Positions 47,285-57,085 of a DNA stretch of 64,000 bases are shown here, piece by piece. The notes under the pieces are model-generated. The model was not told the origin of the DNA. It ran no database searches and saw only the letters and a program-made list of their open reading frames with translations. The position numbers and the translations under genes were made by a program. Origin of the DNA: a virus; the IMG/VR virus record IMGVR_UViG_3300047318_000369, positions 26,553 to 90,552 of that record. One strand, given 5' to 3'. The number at the start of each line of letters is the position of its first letter. The stretch's first letter is position 1.

Positions 47285-47932
47285 ATGGCAGCGAAGCGTT
47301 CCGCAAGGCGGCCGACCGCCCGCCGCAAGGCCCCGGCGCGCCGCCGCACCACCGCGACCGCCGTCCGGCGCACGCATCCCGCCCGGCGGGTCAAAATCCC
47401 GCGCGGCGGCCCGCTCCACGCCCGCCTCGGCACCTGGCTGGTGCTGCGGGTCATCGCCCCCATGGTCGACACCCACCGCGACGTGACCACCTCCCGCAAG
47501 GCCGCGGCCATCCGCCGCATCACCCACGAGAACTGCACCACCTGCCACGGCAACGGACAGATCGCCACCCGGGCCAAGGACGGAACCCTCACCGGATCCA
47601 AGCCCTGCCCCGCGAAGGGCACCAAGGCCACGGCCAGCAAGTGGGCCGTCTACAAGGCGAGCCGGTTCGGTGCCGACAAAGGCTCCGGCCTGATCGGCTG
47701 GAGCTGCCCCTGCGGCAAAAAGGTGAAGCCCCGCTTCCAGGACGCCAAGAAGGCCACCAGCGCCTTGCGGGCCCACGAGAAGCAGACGCACGGCGGGGCG
47801 AGCGTCGGCGGCAAGTGGTACGCGCAGCAGACCGCCGCAGCCGCCATGGCCCCGTCGCCGCCCACACCCGCACCCAAGACCAGCACCCGCAAGAAGCCGG
47901 CCAAGGCGACCGCCAAGGCTGCCACCCCGTAA
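47285..47932 (+). CDS. Basic Zn-binding hypothetical protein
   Basis: GAAGGAG RBS; CTTCHGNG, C.CG..HE..H; Lys/Arg-rich termini. Confidence 0.65.
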   Translation: MAAKRSARRPTARRKAPARRRTTATAVRRTHPARRVKIPRGGPLHARLGTWLVLRVIAPMVDTHRDVTTSRKAAAIRRITHENCTTCHGNGQIATRAKDGTLTGSKPCPAKGTKATASKWAVYKASRFGADKGSGLIGWSCPCGKKVKPRFQDAKKATSALRAHEKQTHGGASVGGKWYAQQTAAAAMAPSPPTPAPKTSTRKKPAKATAKAATP

Positions 47933-47958
47933 CCACTACCCGAAGGAGACCTCACCCC

Positions 47959-48498
47959 ATGCTCGACCTGCCCGAGCCGACGCCCACCGCCGCCGCGGCC
48001 GGGCAGGCCACGCAAGCCGACCGCGACAACATCCGCCGCCTCTTCGCAGCCCTCGACGAGATCGGCACCGACAAGCCCACCGCCGTCCGCGTCGACGACG
48101 AGAGCATCCCGTCATTCGAGGACGGGCCTCGCGTTGGCACCACCCCGCCCGTCCTGCAGCCCGACAGCCGGATCGTGCCCGCCTGGGCGCTCGGAATCGC
48201 CGTCGGCTCCATCGGAGTCGGTGTCGGATCCATCGGCCTCGGCTGTGCGGTCTGGCTCGCCTGCAAGGGCCTGTCGTCGGTTATCCACAGCCTGTCCACC
48301 GTGACCCTGCCCGGTGTTCTGACCGTTGCCCTCCCGTTCGCCGGTTTCGCCATGGTCGTGACCGCCGTCGGGGGTGCCATCGGCAAGGCCAAGCGGGCCG
48401 TCGTGCCCGACGTGCACCACCACAACGGGCCCGAATATCACGAGCACCACACCACCAACACCCGGGCCGTCTGGGTCAAGAACATCAACCAGCGGTGA
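47959..48498 (+). CDS. Membrane protein (SpdD-like candidate)
   Basis: GAAGGAG RBS; two TMs and a C-terminal His-rich tail. Confidence 0.55.
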   Translation: MLDLPEPTPTAAAAGQATQADRDNIRRLFAALDEIGTDKPTAVRVDDESIPSFEDGPRVGTTPPVLQPDSRIVPAWALGIAVGSIGVGVGSIGLGCAVWLACKGLSSVIHSLSTVTLPGVLTVALPFAGFAMVVTAVGGAIGKAKRAVVPDVHHHNGPEYHEHHTTNTRAVWVKNINQR

Positions 48499-48516
48499 CC
48501 TGCCCGGGCGCACGCA

Positions 48517-48549
48517 AGCCCCGGCCGGGATCGTCTCCGGTCGGGGCTT
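48517..48549. terminator. Terminator between convergent genes
   Basis: AGCCCCGGCCGG...CCGGTCGGGGCT stem. Confidence 0.55.
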
Positions 48550-48588
48550 CCGTGTCGGGTACGGCGCGGGGCGGCCACCGGGCGCCGG

Positions 48589-48864
48589 TCAGCCCTCGGC
48601 GCTGCCCTTCCTTGATGAACGACTGTGTCCACGGGCAATGCCTGACACGCGCTCAGGCTTGACCCTGAGGGCGGGCGCCATGTCGGTGTAGCTGATTCCG
48701 TCGCGTTCATGGAGGGTGCGGACGACGTGCTGGCGCTGCTCCCGCAGCCAGCGTTGAAGGTCGGGGATGGCCTTCAATGCCTCGGTCAGGGCCTGGGCGC
48801 GCTCGATGCTCTCGGGGCCGGTGAGGGTGGTGAGCTGCTGAAACGGCTTGGGTGGAGTGTCCAT
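48589..48864 (-). CDS. Small HTH repressor
   Basis: DGISYTDMAPALRVKPERVSGIA. Confidence 0.7.
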   Translation of the reverse strand: MDTPPKPFQQLTTLTGPESIERAQALTEALKAIPDLQRWLREQRQHVVRTLHERDGISYTDMAPALRVKPERVSGIARGHSRSSRKGSAEG

Positions 48865-48876
48865 GTGTCGAGTGTA

Positions 48877-48940
48877 GTGGGTACCCATGAAAAGATCTAG
48901 TGGGTACCCACTTGACATATTGATGGGTACCCACTATATT
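48877..48940 (+). promoter_or_regulatory. Promoter overlapped by three palindromic operators
   Basis: RTGGGTACCCAY at 48877, 48900, 48923; TTGACA (48912)-N17-TATATT (48935). Confidence 0.8.
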
Positions 48941-48983
48941 TGAGGTATCGCAAGACGGAACGACACCTCAACAGGGAGTTCAC

Positions 48984-49175
48984 ATGGCGAAGAGCCGGTT
49001 CAGCTTCACCCGCACGACCGAAGACCTGCGCGGCACCACCCTCAAGGAGAACCGCGACGCACTCCGAGAGGGCGGGCTCAGCGTATCGACCAAGATCCAA
49101 GACAACGGGAAGGTCGAATTCAACATCAGCGGCGACGAGGAGACCGTCTCGGTGTGGCGCCGGATGATGGGCTAG
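48984..49175 (+). CDS. Hypothetical protein
   Basis: AGGGAG RBS; followed by hairpin 49187-49211. Confidence 0.7.
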   Translation: MAKSRFSFTRTTEDLRGTTLKENRDALREGGLSVSTKIQDNGKVEFNISGDEETVSVWRRMMG

Positions 49176-49271
49176 ACCGAACCGTAGGGGGCCCGGGACA
49201 ACCCGGGCCCCCTACGTAACGCAACACCCTTGCACCCGAATCAGTCCGGCCCCGCGACGAAAGGTCTCCCC

Positions 49272-49595
49272 GTGGACACGAACACCGCATTCCTCGCCTA
49301 CGGCCTGCACGTCGGATCCGACGGCCAGGAGGTCGAACGGATCGGCGACGTCCTGGACACGATCAAGGACCGGTGCCCCGACGTGTGGTACGTGGCCGGC
49401 GGCTCCAACCAGGGTGAACAGATCTTCCTGGTCGCCTACAGCAAAGAGGTCGAGCCCGGCGAGTACCGGAGCGCGGCGGCCATCCCCCCGGAGCGGCGGG
49501 CCGGCTGGGACATCCAACTCGCGCACGCGATCCAGGCCCTCGGCTACAGCGGCTGGGACCGGCCCGCATGGCTGTGCTTCACCGAACTGTCCTGA
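49272..49595 (+). CDS. Hypothetical protein
   Basis: GAAAGG RBS. Confidence 0.6.
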   Translation: MDTNTAFLAYGLHVGSDGQEVERIGDVLDTIKDRCPDVWYVAGGSNQGEQIFLVAYSKEVEPGEYRSAAAIPPERRAGWDIQLAHAIQALGYSGWDRPAWLCFTELS

Positions 49596-49863
49596 CCCGC
49601 CCCAAGCTCCCGACTGGCCACCGAAGAGCCCCGGCCGTCATCCTCGACAGCCGGGGCCTTCGTCATGCGCGGGACGGCGCGGGCCATCCAGCCGTTGCCG
49701 ATCGTGTCGACGGGTCGCCGCGCCACCTCTAACCCGGCGTCGAGCAGGAATTGCAGACCGGCCGCCGTCTCCGCCTCGTCATCGCCCTGCACCGTGAAAC
49801 GTAAGGCCATACGGGCAGTGTGGCGCGGGCGGTGGGGGAGCGGGGCGGGAATCGGGAAGCGGG

Positions 49864-50052
49864 CTACGGCTTGGGCCGCTCTGCTGCTAGCTCGCGTTCC
49901 TTCTTTCTGACCCAGTCGTGTACGGCCTCGATGAGGACGTCGGAGCGGGTGCGCCCGTCGGCCTTGACCAGTTCGTCCAGCCTCTTGCGGAGCGAGGTGG
50001 GGGGCCGGAACGAGACGCCGGGGGTCTGGCCTGTGGCGGGCCTGCCTGCCAT
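49864..50052 (-). CDS. Ribbon-helix-helix (CopG-like) regulator
   Basis: VSFRPPTSLRKRLDELVKADGRTRSDVLIEAV. Confidence 0.8.
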   Translation of the reverse strand: MAGRPATGQTPGVSFRPPTSLRKRLDELVKADGRTRSDVLIEAVHDWVRKKERELAAERPKP

Positions 50053-50106
50053 GTTCCTCCTTCGGTTGCTGTCTTACATAAATTATCATCCACCTGCCCC
50101 GACGTA

Positions 50107-50135
50107 TTGACAAGGGGATCCGATGGGCGCATTCT
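50107..50135 (+). promoter_or_regulatory. Housekeeping-sigma-type promoter
   Basis: TTGACA-N17-CATTCT, divergent from RHH gene. Confidence 0.55.
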
Positions 50136-50174
50136 TGTATTACAGAAAGCGGCGGCGAGCAGGGGAGACAGGCC

Positions 50175-50711
50175 ATGGCGCAGCAGTGGTGGACCGACGG
50201 CAAGCAGCACATGAACGAGGTCGCCGCCAGCAACGGCCACACCCTCACCTGGAAGCGCCGCCCCCGCCCCTCGAAGGAATACGCCCTGGTCTTCGAGGGC
50301 ACCTGCACCGACTGCGGAGCCACCGTCTGCATCGACCGTTACTCGTCCAGCACCACCGGTGTCCGTGACGCCCGCAACGCGACCTGCACCGGGGCCGGTA
50401 CCGCCGTGCTCACCGAGATCGAGCAGGGGCACGAGAACGAGCAGGCGGGCGAGATCGTCGGCGAGTACCTCCAGGCCCTGTCCGACGCCGGTATCACCTT
50501 CACCCGCGTCCAGGTCCCGTTCCGCAACCCGCTCGCCGCCGCCGACCAGTGCGGGCTGATGAGCAAGGACGGCTACACCTGCAAACGGCGCCTCAACAAG
50601 CGCGGCACCCACAACGGCAACGAGTGGGGCGGCCCCGACGGCCACGTCGGCACCCACCCCGACGACAACTACACGCGCCCGTTCAGCGACGACGACCTGC
50701 TGATGGCCTGA
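50175..50711 (+). CDS. Hypothetical protein
   Basis: AGGGGAG RBS; Cys motifs. Confidence 0.7.
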   Translation: MAQQWWTDGKQHMNEVAASNGHTLTWKRRPRPSKEYALVFEGTCTDCGATVCIDRYSSSTTGVRDARNATCTGAGTAVLTEIEQGHENEQAGEIVGEYLQALSDAGITFTRVQVPFRNPLAAADQCGLMSKDGYTCKRRLNKRGTHNGNEWGGPDGHVGTHPDDNYTRPFSDDDLLMA

Positions 50712-50780
50712 CCCGCCCCGCCCGGCCTTTCGAGGCCGGGCTTCACCACCGAACCGCCGCCCGACTGGAGATCGCAGCCC

Positions 50781-50999
50781 ATGAACCTGAAACGCATCAT
50801 GCCCATCAACACGGTCGGCGGGCTCTCTCTGGGGCGGCGCAGCTGCGGCGTGCACTACGACCCGACGCAAACCCAGCGCGTCATCGGCGAGCACGTCTAC
50901 ATCTTCCGGACCCTGCCGGACCGGATCGACGTATGGCGCTCCGAGATGGCCGACGACCACGGCGGCTACCGCTGGACGCTCGTCCACACCTACCGCTGA
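50781..50999 (+). CDS. Hypothetical protein
   Basis: GGAG RBS. Confidence 0.6.
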   Translation: MNLKRIMPINTVGGLSLGRRSCGVHYDPTQTQRVIGEHVYIFRTLPDRIDVWRSEMADDHGGYRWTLVHTYR

Positions 51000-51044
51000 C
51001 ACCGCCCCGCCGTCGCCCGCCTCGCCCGATCTCAAGGAACCGAC

Positions 51045-51425
51045 ATGGCCGACGTCAAGCCGAAGATGGACCAGTCCGAGCGTGCCGCCCGCGACCTCCT
51101 CAATCGCAAGGTCCGCGAAGGCGTCATGGAACGCCGGACCGCCAACCAGCTGCTCAAGGTCGCCTTGCCGTTCGTCCGCGCCATGCTCGCTCAGTGGCGG
51201 CGTGAAGGGGCCTCTCCGGAGTGGATCACGGGCGAGTTTCAGAGCAGGTTGACCAAGGCTCGGCAGCAACTCGGCACCGCCACCACCCCGGCCACTCAAC
51301 TGCGCGCCAAGACCACCATCGTCGCCGCCGAAATGTACCTCGCGATCTGGACAGGACTTCAGGCCGACCTCGGCCAGTTCAAGTCTGACCGCCGGTCTGC
51401 CCGCGCGATCGAAGGCAAGCCGTGA
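51045..51425 (+). CDS. Hypothetical protein
   Basis: AAGGA RBS. Confidence 0.65.
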   Translation: MADVKPKMDQSERAARDLLNRKVREGVMERRTANQLLKVALPFVRAMLAQWRREGASPEWITGEFQSRLTKARQQLGTATTPATQLRAKTTIVAAEMYLAIWTGLQADLGQFKSDRRSARAIEGKP

Positions 51426-52093
51426 TCGCCCGCCCGCCGCGCACCATCCCCATCCCGGATGCGGTCGCCCTGCTCGCCGGACAGCAACTCCCGTCGCGTG
51501 TACGGGAAGCCGTCGCCGAGGCCGGACTGTGCGGGCGGCTGCCCACCGGGCGGACGCTGGCCGCCTGCCCGGCCGTGGCCCGCGTCGAACCCGCCGTCCG
51601 GCTGCACGCCCGGCTCGGGTGGGCCAACAAGCAACTCGCCGCCTGCAATCCGGGGCTGGTCGTCGGCTGGGGCGACATGCCCGGGCTGAGCACCCGACCC
51701 GAAGGAAACTGAACGCGATGATCTTAGAATCGACTGGCCAATGGTGTGCCGACCGCGACCACCCGTTCATCACCTACAACCCGCACGGTGACCGGAGTTA
51801 CTGCCGTTGTGGCCAACGCCAGGAACCCGGCGCGCAGCCAATGGACTGGGAAGCGAAGCGCGAGATCTTCCACCACTGCAAGCCTGGCGACCCCTGCCAG
51901 TGCTACGTCAGTGGAAAGCCGACCAGGCGATGAGCGCTTCCGTGCCGTTCAACGGCGCCGCCCTCGCCGAGCCTCCGGTCCGCATCCAGGACGGCGTGGA
52001 CATGTCGCACGACTGGGATGAGACCCCGGCCGAGGCCGCCCGCTATGACCGCCGGTGGGGCGACCGCGACATCAACCGAGACGAGGACTGACC

Positions 52094-52402
52094 ATGCGCA
52101 ACCGCGACGAGACGGTGGAAGCCCTCCGGACGGTCATCAAAATCCTGGACACCGACCACTTCCCGTTCGGGCCGCCCGCCACCGACTACGACATCCTCAT
52201 GCGCGCCTGCTACGGGAACCTCCTCGCCCACAACCCGTCCACCGGGCGGTACGAACTCCTCACCCGGCGACTCCGACCCGAAGGCGCCCTCGACCACGCC
52301 CGCGCCCTCACCGCAACCGTCGTCGACCTGCTCGGCGGGGAACGCGGCGCCACCATCGCCGAAGTGCAGACCACACTCGGCAAGCTCACCGAGGAGGACT
52401 GA
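52094..52402 (+). CDS. Hypothetical protein
   Basis: GAGGA RBS. Confidence 0.6.
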   Translation: MRNRDETVEALRTVIKILDTDHFPFGPPATDYDILMRACYGNLLAHNPSTGRYELLTRRLRPEGALDHARALTATVVDLLGGERGATIAEVQTTLGKLTEED

Positions 52403-52698
52403 TGGCCTCCCGCCCCCTGTCCGCGAAAGCGGCCCGCACCGTCATCGACGCCGCCGAGATCGTGAAAGCCCCCGACTGGTCGGACACCCGCAACTGGCAT
52501 GCCGTATCCGGCGGGCAGGTGTTGGTCGTCGTCGAACCGTCCTACGGAGGGACTTCACGCACGGGCCGCAACGGGTGGCTGTGGTGGCTCGCCGACGGAG
52601 GCCGCACCCGGCACGCCCCCGAAGCCACCCGGGAGAAGGCCGCCGTTGCCGGGCTGCTCGCCTGGGAACGGCGGGCGACGAGGAAGGAGACCCGATGA
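52402..52698 (+). CDS. Hypothetical protein
   Basis: Coupled ORF. Confidence 0.6.
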   Translation: MASRPLSAKAARTVIDAAEIVKAPDWSDTRNWHAVSGGQVLVVVEPSYGGTSRTGRNGWLWWLADGGRTRHAPEATREKAAVAGLLAWERRATRKETR

Positions 52699-52880
52699 GC
52701 TCCACCGATCGGCCGCACCGTCACGAGTCGACCGACGTCCTCAAGGCAGCCCTCGCGCGCACCAGCGCCGACGCCCGGCGGTACGCCCTGACCGGACCGA
52801 AGCAGCACGAGGACGCCTGCCACACGATCGCCGACCAGTTCCTCGACGAACTGGAGCAACGAGGAGAGCTGGCCCCGTGA
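52695..52880 (+). CDS. Hypothetical protein
   Basis: AAGGAG RBS, coupled. Confidence 0.55.
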   Translation: MSSTDRPHRHESTDVLKAALARTSADARRYALTGPKQHEDACHTIADQFLDELEQRGELAP

Positions 52881-52977
52881 CCGCCCTACTGCGCCAATGG
52901 CCCGCAATGTCAACCCATGCGGCACCATTGGCTCAGTAGTGCCCCCGTTTCTCGATCCACCGCCGAGGAGCCGCACC

Positions 52978-53685
52978 ATGCACGACCACACCGACGACGA
53001 CTCCGGCTACATCTGGCCGACATGCGTCACCCCCCGCTGCGGCCGGCAGCTGTGGGCCGACGAACTCGACCGGTGGGCTTGCCGGCCCTGCGGCGACGCC
53101 ACCCTGGCCCGCATCGCCGAACTCCCCGCCCTCTTCCGGCAGATGGACACGACCGCGGCGCTGATGCGCGGCGCTCGACGTCCGGGCGGTGGCGGATCCG
53201 GCTCGAAGACCCCGCCGATCCCGCCCCGCCTCGAAGTCCTCTCCCTCGTCGGCCCGGGCGGCGTTGCGGCCCGGTTGTCGGCGATCGAGGACGCGTGGAG
53301 GCAGATGCTCGGCTGGACGGTCGCCCCGTGGCGCGGCAGCCCGGCGCAGGCCGTCCCGCAGCTGGCTGGCTTCCTCGCCAACAACCTGCCGTGGGCGTGC
53401 GGCAGTTACGAGGAGGTCGGGCAGGACATCGACGACCTGCGGCGGCTGCACGGCGAGATGAAGGCCATCGCCGACGACGAGCGGCGGCCCGGCAGGGTGC
53501 AGATCGGGGCGTGCCCGGTGCGGCTCGATGACGGGCCGTGCTGGACGCCGCTCACCGCCCGCGCCGACAGCCACCGCGTCCACTGCCCGAGCTGCAAGAC
53601 GAAGTGGGAGACGATCGGGGAGTGGCGGGAACTGCGGGCCGCACAAGAAGCCGTGCTCGCCGAAGCGGCAGGAGTGGCGGCATGA
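52978..53685 (+). CDS. Zn-binding phage protein (putative transcriptional regulator)
   Basis: C..C..CRPC..ELPAL; CP...CWTPL..V.CPSCKTKW. Confidence 0.65.
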   Translation: MHDHTDDDSGYIWPTCVTPRCGRQLWADELDRWACRPCGDATLARIAELPALFRQMDTTAALMRGARRPGGGGSGSKTPPIPPRLEVLSLVGPGGVAARLSAIEDAWRQMLGWTVAPWRGSPAQAVPQLAGFLANNLPWACGSYEEVGQDIDDLRRLHGEMKAIADDERRPGRVQIGACPVRLDDGPCWTPLTARADSHRVHCPSCKTKWETIGEWRELRAAQEAVLAEAAGVAA

Positions 53686-53915
53686 CGGATCGCGACGAGG
53701 CCCGGCAGCGACTGATCGACACCCTCAACGAAGAGCACAACCCCTCCTACTTCGGCGACGATTCACGCGATGCCGAGCAGCTCGTCAACGACTTCGCCCA
53801 CGAACTCGCCGAGCAGATCCGCAACGCACCCGAGCCCTCCCAGGCATGGGACGACCACTACTTCAAGGGCGAGGAAAACGCAGCGAATCTGATCGACCCA
53901 GAGGTGCAGCCATGA
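53682..53915 (+). CDS. Hypothetical protein (paralog of 26581..26829)
   Basis: AHELAEQIR..AANLIDPE. Confidence 0.6.
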   Translation: MTDRDEARQRLIDTLNEEHNPSYFGDDSRDAEQLVNDFAHELAEQIRNAPEPSQAWDDHYFKGEENAANLIDPEVQP

Positions 53916-54109
53916 GTGAGCGATCCGAGAACTTCATCTGGACCAGCGGCATCCTGACCCTCGGCCTCGCCGGCTTGGGCACCGGGGCGTGGGTGACTGC
54001 AGTCGGAGGCAGGTACATCGCCCCGGGAGTGTTGGCGATGCTCTGCGGACTCTTCCTGATCTTCATGGCCTTCGCGGGGCGGCGACACGAGGATGGTGTT
54101 GGATCGTGA
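53912..54109 (+). CDS. Small two-TM membrane protein
   Basis: Coupled ORF. Confidence 0.55.
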   Translation: MSERSENFIWTSGILTLGLAGLGTGAWVTAVGGRYIAPGVLAMLCGLFLIFMAFAGRRHEDGVGS

Positions 54110-54330
54110 GCGACGACTTCGTAGCCCGCTACTACCAGTACCACCGGCTCTACGAAATGCCCTGCGAGGACATCGAGGACGCGATCGGCTTCCTTGCCGC
54201 AGGAGTCGACAATGGGAAATGTGTTCCGGAGGACGTCACCCAGCCGGACGGGACCGTGATCCTGGACCATGCGCAGACCCTCAGGCGCATCGAGGCGACG
54301 CTCGAAGAGTGGCATCAGGAGACGCCGTGA
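54106..54330 (+). CDS. Hypothetical protein (paralog of 3546..3758)
   Basis: Shared motifs, coupled ORF. Confidence 0.65.
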   Translation: MSDDFVARYYQYHRLYEMPCEDIEDAIGFLAAGVDNGKCVPEDVTQPDGTVILDHAQTLRRIEATLEEWHQETP

Positions 54331-54548
54331 GCGATGTGTACGTCGTCACGGAAGACACTGGATACGACGTCGGCCTCGTCGTCCGTGGCGTGTTCAGCAC
54401 CCGACAGAAGGCCGACGCGTGGATTGAAGCCAGACGCGCCGAGCACGCCCGCAGAGTCCGCGAAGGGAACGCCATCCAGTGGGGCGCTCCGGCGTATGAC
54501 GTCGAGGAGTATCAGGTCGACCCCGGCGCGGAAGGGCAGACGACGTGA
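54327..54548 (+). CDS. Hypothetical protein
   Basis: VYVV...VRGVFSTRQKA..YDVEEYQVD. Confidence 0.6.
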   Translation: MSDVYVVTEDTGYDVGLVVRGVFSTRQKADAWIEARRAEHARRVREGNAIQWGAPAYDVEEYQVDPGAEGQTT

Positions 54549-54741
54549 ACGAGACGAGCCCCGCTAGCCCTGATCAGGCGAACAGCAAGTGCGGCCACCC
54601 GCCCGCGATGGACGTTGAGTGCGTATGCCACTGCGTCCGTTGCGCTGACCCTCGCATCCCGCGCGGGGAGCCGGGCTTCTGCATCTGCCCGCAGTGCACG
54701 ATCTGCCGTGTCGAACCGCACGAGAAGCACGGACATACGCC

Positions 54742-55050
54742 GTGAACGAAGCGAGCCCCAACCAGGGCCTGTTCAGGATCTACGCTGCCGCCTGGCTCAT
54801 GGGTGCCGCCATGGTCGTCGCGGTCGTCTTCACGGCGTCCGACCTGCCCAAGCTCGGCGTCGCTGTCTACCTCTGCATCGGACTGGCCCTGTGGGCGGTC
54901 GACATGGTGCTCACCAACGGCAGGCCCCGAGGCGGGCACGGGCTCTCGCACGCCATGCTCACCGCCGCCTTTGCGCTCATCTGGCCGCTGGTGATCGTGG
55001 GGCTGGTCGTGTACCTCGGAACGGCCGTGGTCCAGGCGGCGAGGCAATGA
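54742..55050 (+). CDS. Three-TM membrane protein
   Basis: Hydrophobic ORF, coupled. Confidence 0.55.
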   Translation: MNEASPNQGLFRIYAAAWLMGAAMVVAVVFTASDLPKLGVAVYLCIGLALWAVDMVLTNGRPRGGHGLSHAMLTAAFALIWPLVIVGLVVYLGTAVVQAARQ

Positions 55051-55310
55051 CAGCTCCGCCGTGGGGCCACAAGCCGCCGCCCGTCGACGACGTCACCGCC
55101 TACTGGGATGGCGCCACGCCCGCCATGTCACCGCGCTGCGGCTACTGGCTCACACGCCACCACGAAGGTACCTGGCGGGCCAACCGATGGATTCGGCGCG
55201 AGGGGTACCACGCGGCAGCCGAACGGCTCGGGGTGTGGATCTGGGAGTACCTGCGGGTTATCCGGCCGCTGTTCGACGAGGAAGACGCATCGCGTCCCGT
55301 GAGGGACTGA
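55047..55310 (+). CDS. Hypothetical protein
   Basis: Coupled ORF. Confidence 0.5.
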   Translation: MTAPPWGHKPPPVDDVTAYWDGATPAMSPRCGYWLTRHHEGTWRANRWIRREGYHAAAERLGVWIWEYLRVIRPLFDEEDASRPVRD

Positions 55311-55449
55311 GCTGCGCGATCTACTTGTCAGCAGATCAACGGGCACTGTATCTTCCGTACCGAAGGCTCGAAACCTCCGTCACAAAAGCCACTGAGACCC
55401 CCACCGTGAACACACCGGTGGGGGTCTTCGCGTACCAGCGGGAGGTGTC

Positions 55450-55734
55450 GTGGTCGCCTACCCCAACCCGCCCGCAGACGAGATCCACTTCGAGTCCGTG
55501 CAGAGCGACGAACGCGTGCTCGGCGACCAGCGGCAGGCGGCCCTCGCCGCCGGGGTCAAGCCCGGCACCATCCAGGTCTGGGTGAGTCGCAAGAAGATCG
55601 AGCCGGTCTTCACGGGCCCGACGGGGCCGATCTTCCACCTGCCCACCGTCAAGAAGGCGGCTAAGGGCGGCTCGGCTCACAGGCATCCCACGCCGTGGCT
55701 CAACAGCCAAGGCCCCCACGCCCACGCCGCCTGA
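55450..55734 (+). CDS. Small HTH DNA-binding protein
   Basis: GGGAGG RBS; QAALAAGVKPGTIQVWVSRKKI. Confidence 0.65.
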   Translation: MVAYPNPPADEIHFESVQSDERVLGDQRQAALAAGVKPGTIQVWVSRKKIEPVFTGPTGPIFHLPTVKKAAKGGSAHRHPTPWLNSQGPHAHAA

Positions 55735-55865
55735 CGGCCACAGTCTCCTGCGCGCGGTGGCGCAGGCGGGCCTTGAAGCGCCCCGCGCTCGGCCCCACCG
55801 TCCGCCCGGCCCTGGAGGGGACCGGGCGGACGGACAAACCCTCCCCCGACCTGAAGGAGACGGCC

Positions 55866-56126
55866 GTGGGCCGCTACCGCAAGAAGCCGATCGAGATCGA
55901 CGCCATCCAGTTCACGGGCGACAACGTCCACGAGATCTGGGACCAGTTCGGCGCCGACGGCATCTACGGGCCCACCGAGAAGAACCCGGACTGGCTCATC
56001 CTCACCACCGTGCACGGCGACGAAGCGCCCGCACGGAAGGGTGACTGGGTCATCCCGGACGGCAAGCCGGGGACGTTCTACCCCTGCAAGCCCGACATCT
56101 TCGAGAAGACCTACGACGCCATCTGA
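55866..56126 (+). CDS. Conserved phage hypothetical protein
   Basis: YRKKPIEIDAIQF..GDWVI..FYPCKPDIFEKTY, a widespread phage motif. Confidence 0.8.
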   Translation: MGRYRKKPIEIDAIQFTGDNVHEIWDQFGADGIYGPTEKNPDWLILTTVHGDEAPARKGDWVIPDGKPGTFYPCKPDIFEKTYDAI

Positions 56127-56218
56127 GCCCGGGGCTGGCCGCTCATCCGAGTCCCGGACGTTCCGCCGCCCACACCACCCCTGACGCGGGCGGCGGAACA
56201 GCCAACCCGAGGAGCAGC

Positions 56219-56452
56219 ATGCGCCGCCCCGTCATCACCGCCCTGTTCGTCGCCGCGTTCCTTATCGGGCCCGTCGCCTGCACCCACGACGATCCGGCGT
56301 CCACGCCCAGTACGACGCGGCCGACGGCTACCAGGACGCCCACCGTGACGCCGAGCCCCTCGCGCACACCGACCGCGCCGCCAGCCAGTCCGACAACGGA
56401 CCCAAGCCCCAGCGAGTCGACGCCGGCGAGTTCACCGACCGGAGCGTCGTAG
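56219..56452 (+). CDS. Pro/Thr-rich lipoprotein
   Basis: Signal peptide with lipobox-like PVA-C. Confidence 0.55.
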   Translation: MRRPVITALFVAAFLIGPVACTHDDPASTPSTTRPTATRTPTVTPSPSRTPTAPPASPTTDPSPSESTPASSPTGAS

Positions 56453-56710
56453 GAGGCAAACCGCATGCTCAACGTCCTCTGCTACACGGCCGGGCTCATC
56501 CTCCTGGTGCTCGCGGCCGTCCTCCCGGCGAACGTGCAGCGCGACCGCCTCGCCTACGCCGGGCTCGCGTTCTGGCTGCTGCCGACGACCGTGCATGCCT
56601 TGCAGAACCATTGACCAACCCGCCCCATACGCCTGCGGCTTGATCACCGCAGGAAGGAAGCCCCGAGTTCCTGGCTCGGGGCTTCCGAACAACCAGGAAG
56701 GCCCGCACTC

Positions 56711-57085
56711 ATGACTCCGCCCGACAGCGAACCGATGGCCGCCGACGACCTCTGTGAACACTCCTGGTCGTACAACAAGCCAGCCCACGCCACGGCTTCA
56801 GTCCGCATCTGCTCCCTCTGTCACGCGATCGACGGCGAAGACCTCATGCGGACGCTTAACGAGTACGCGCAGGAGTACGCCAAGCTGTACAGCCCGAAGC
56901 CCGTCAGCCTCATCTATGGGCACTCCGACGGGCAGACGATCAGCGTTGTGGATCAGGACGGCGGCATGCCGAAGGCTCCCCGCGAACGGGCCCTGCTTCG
57001 CGCGCTGCTCATCCACACCCTGCGGGCAGTCGACGAGCGCGACCATCCACTGCGGCTCGTCAGCCTCCCCGCCGACCCGCACTGA
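56711..57085 (+). CDS. Hypothetical protein
   Basis: Follows hairpin 56656-56686; AGGAAGG RBS. Confidence 0.6.
   Translation: MTPPDSEPMAADDLCEHSWSYNKPAHATASVRICSLCHAIDGEDLMRTLNEYAQEYAKLYSPKPVSLIYGHSDGQTISVVDQDGGMPKAPRERALLRALLIHTLRAVDERDHPLRLVSLPADPH

Noticed and set aside
50074-50090. Possible self-target for the 9739 array unit (TAcATaAA...)
   Set aside because: Only the first three dinucleotides match a 1-nt-gapped pattern, which is expected by chance
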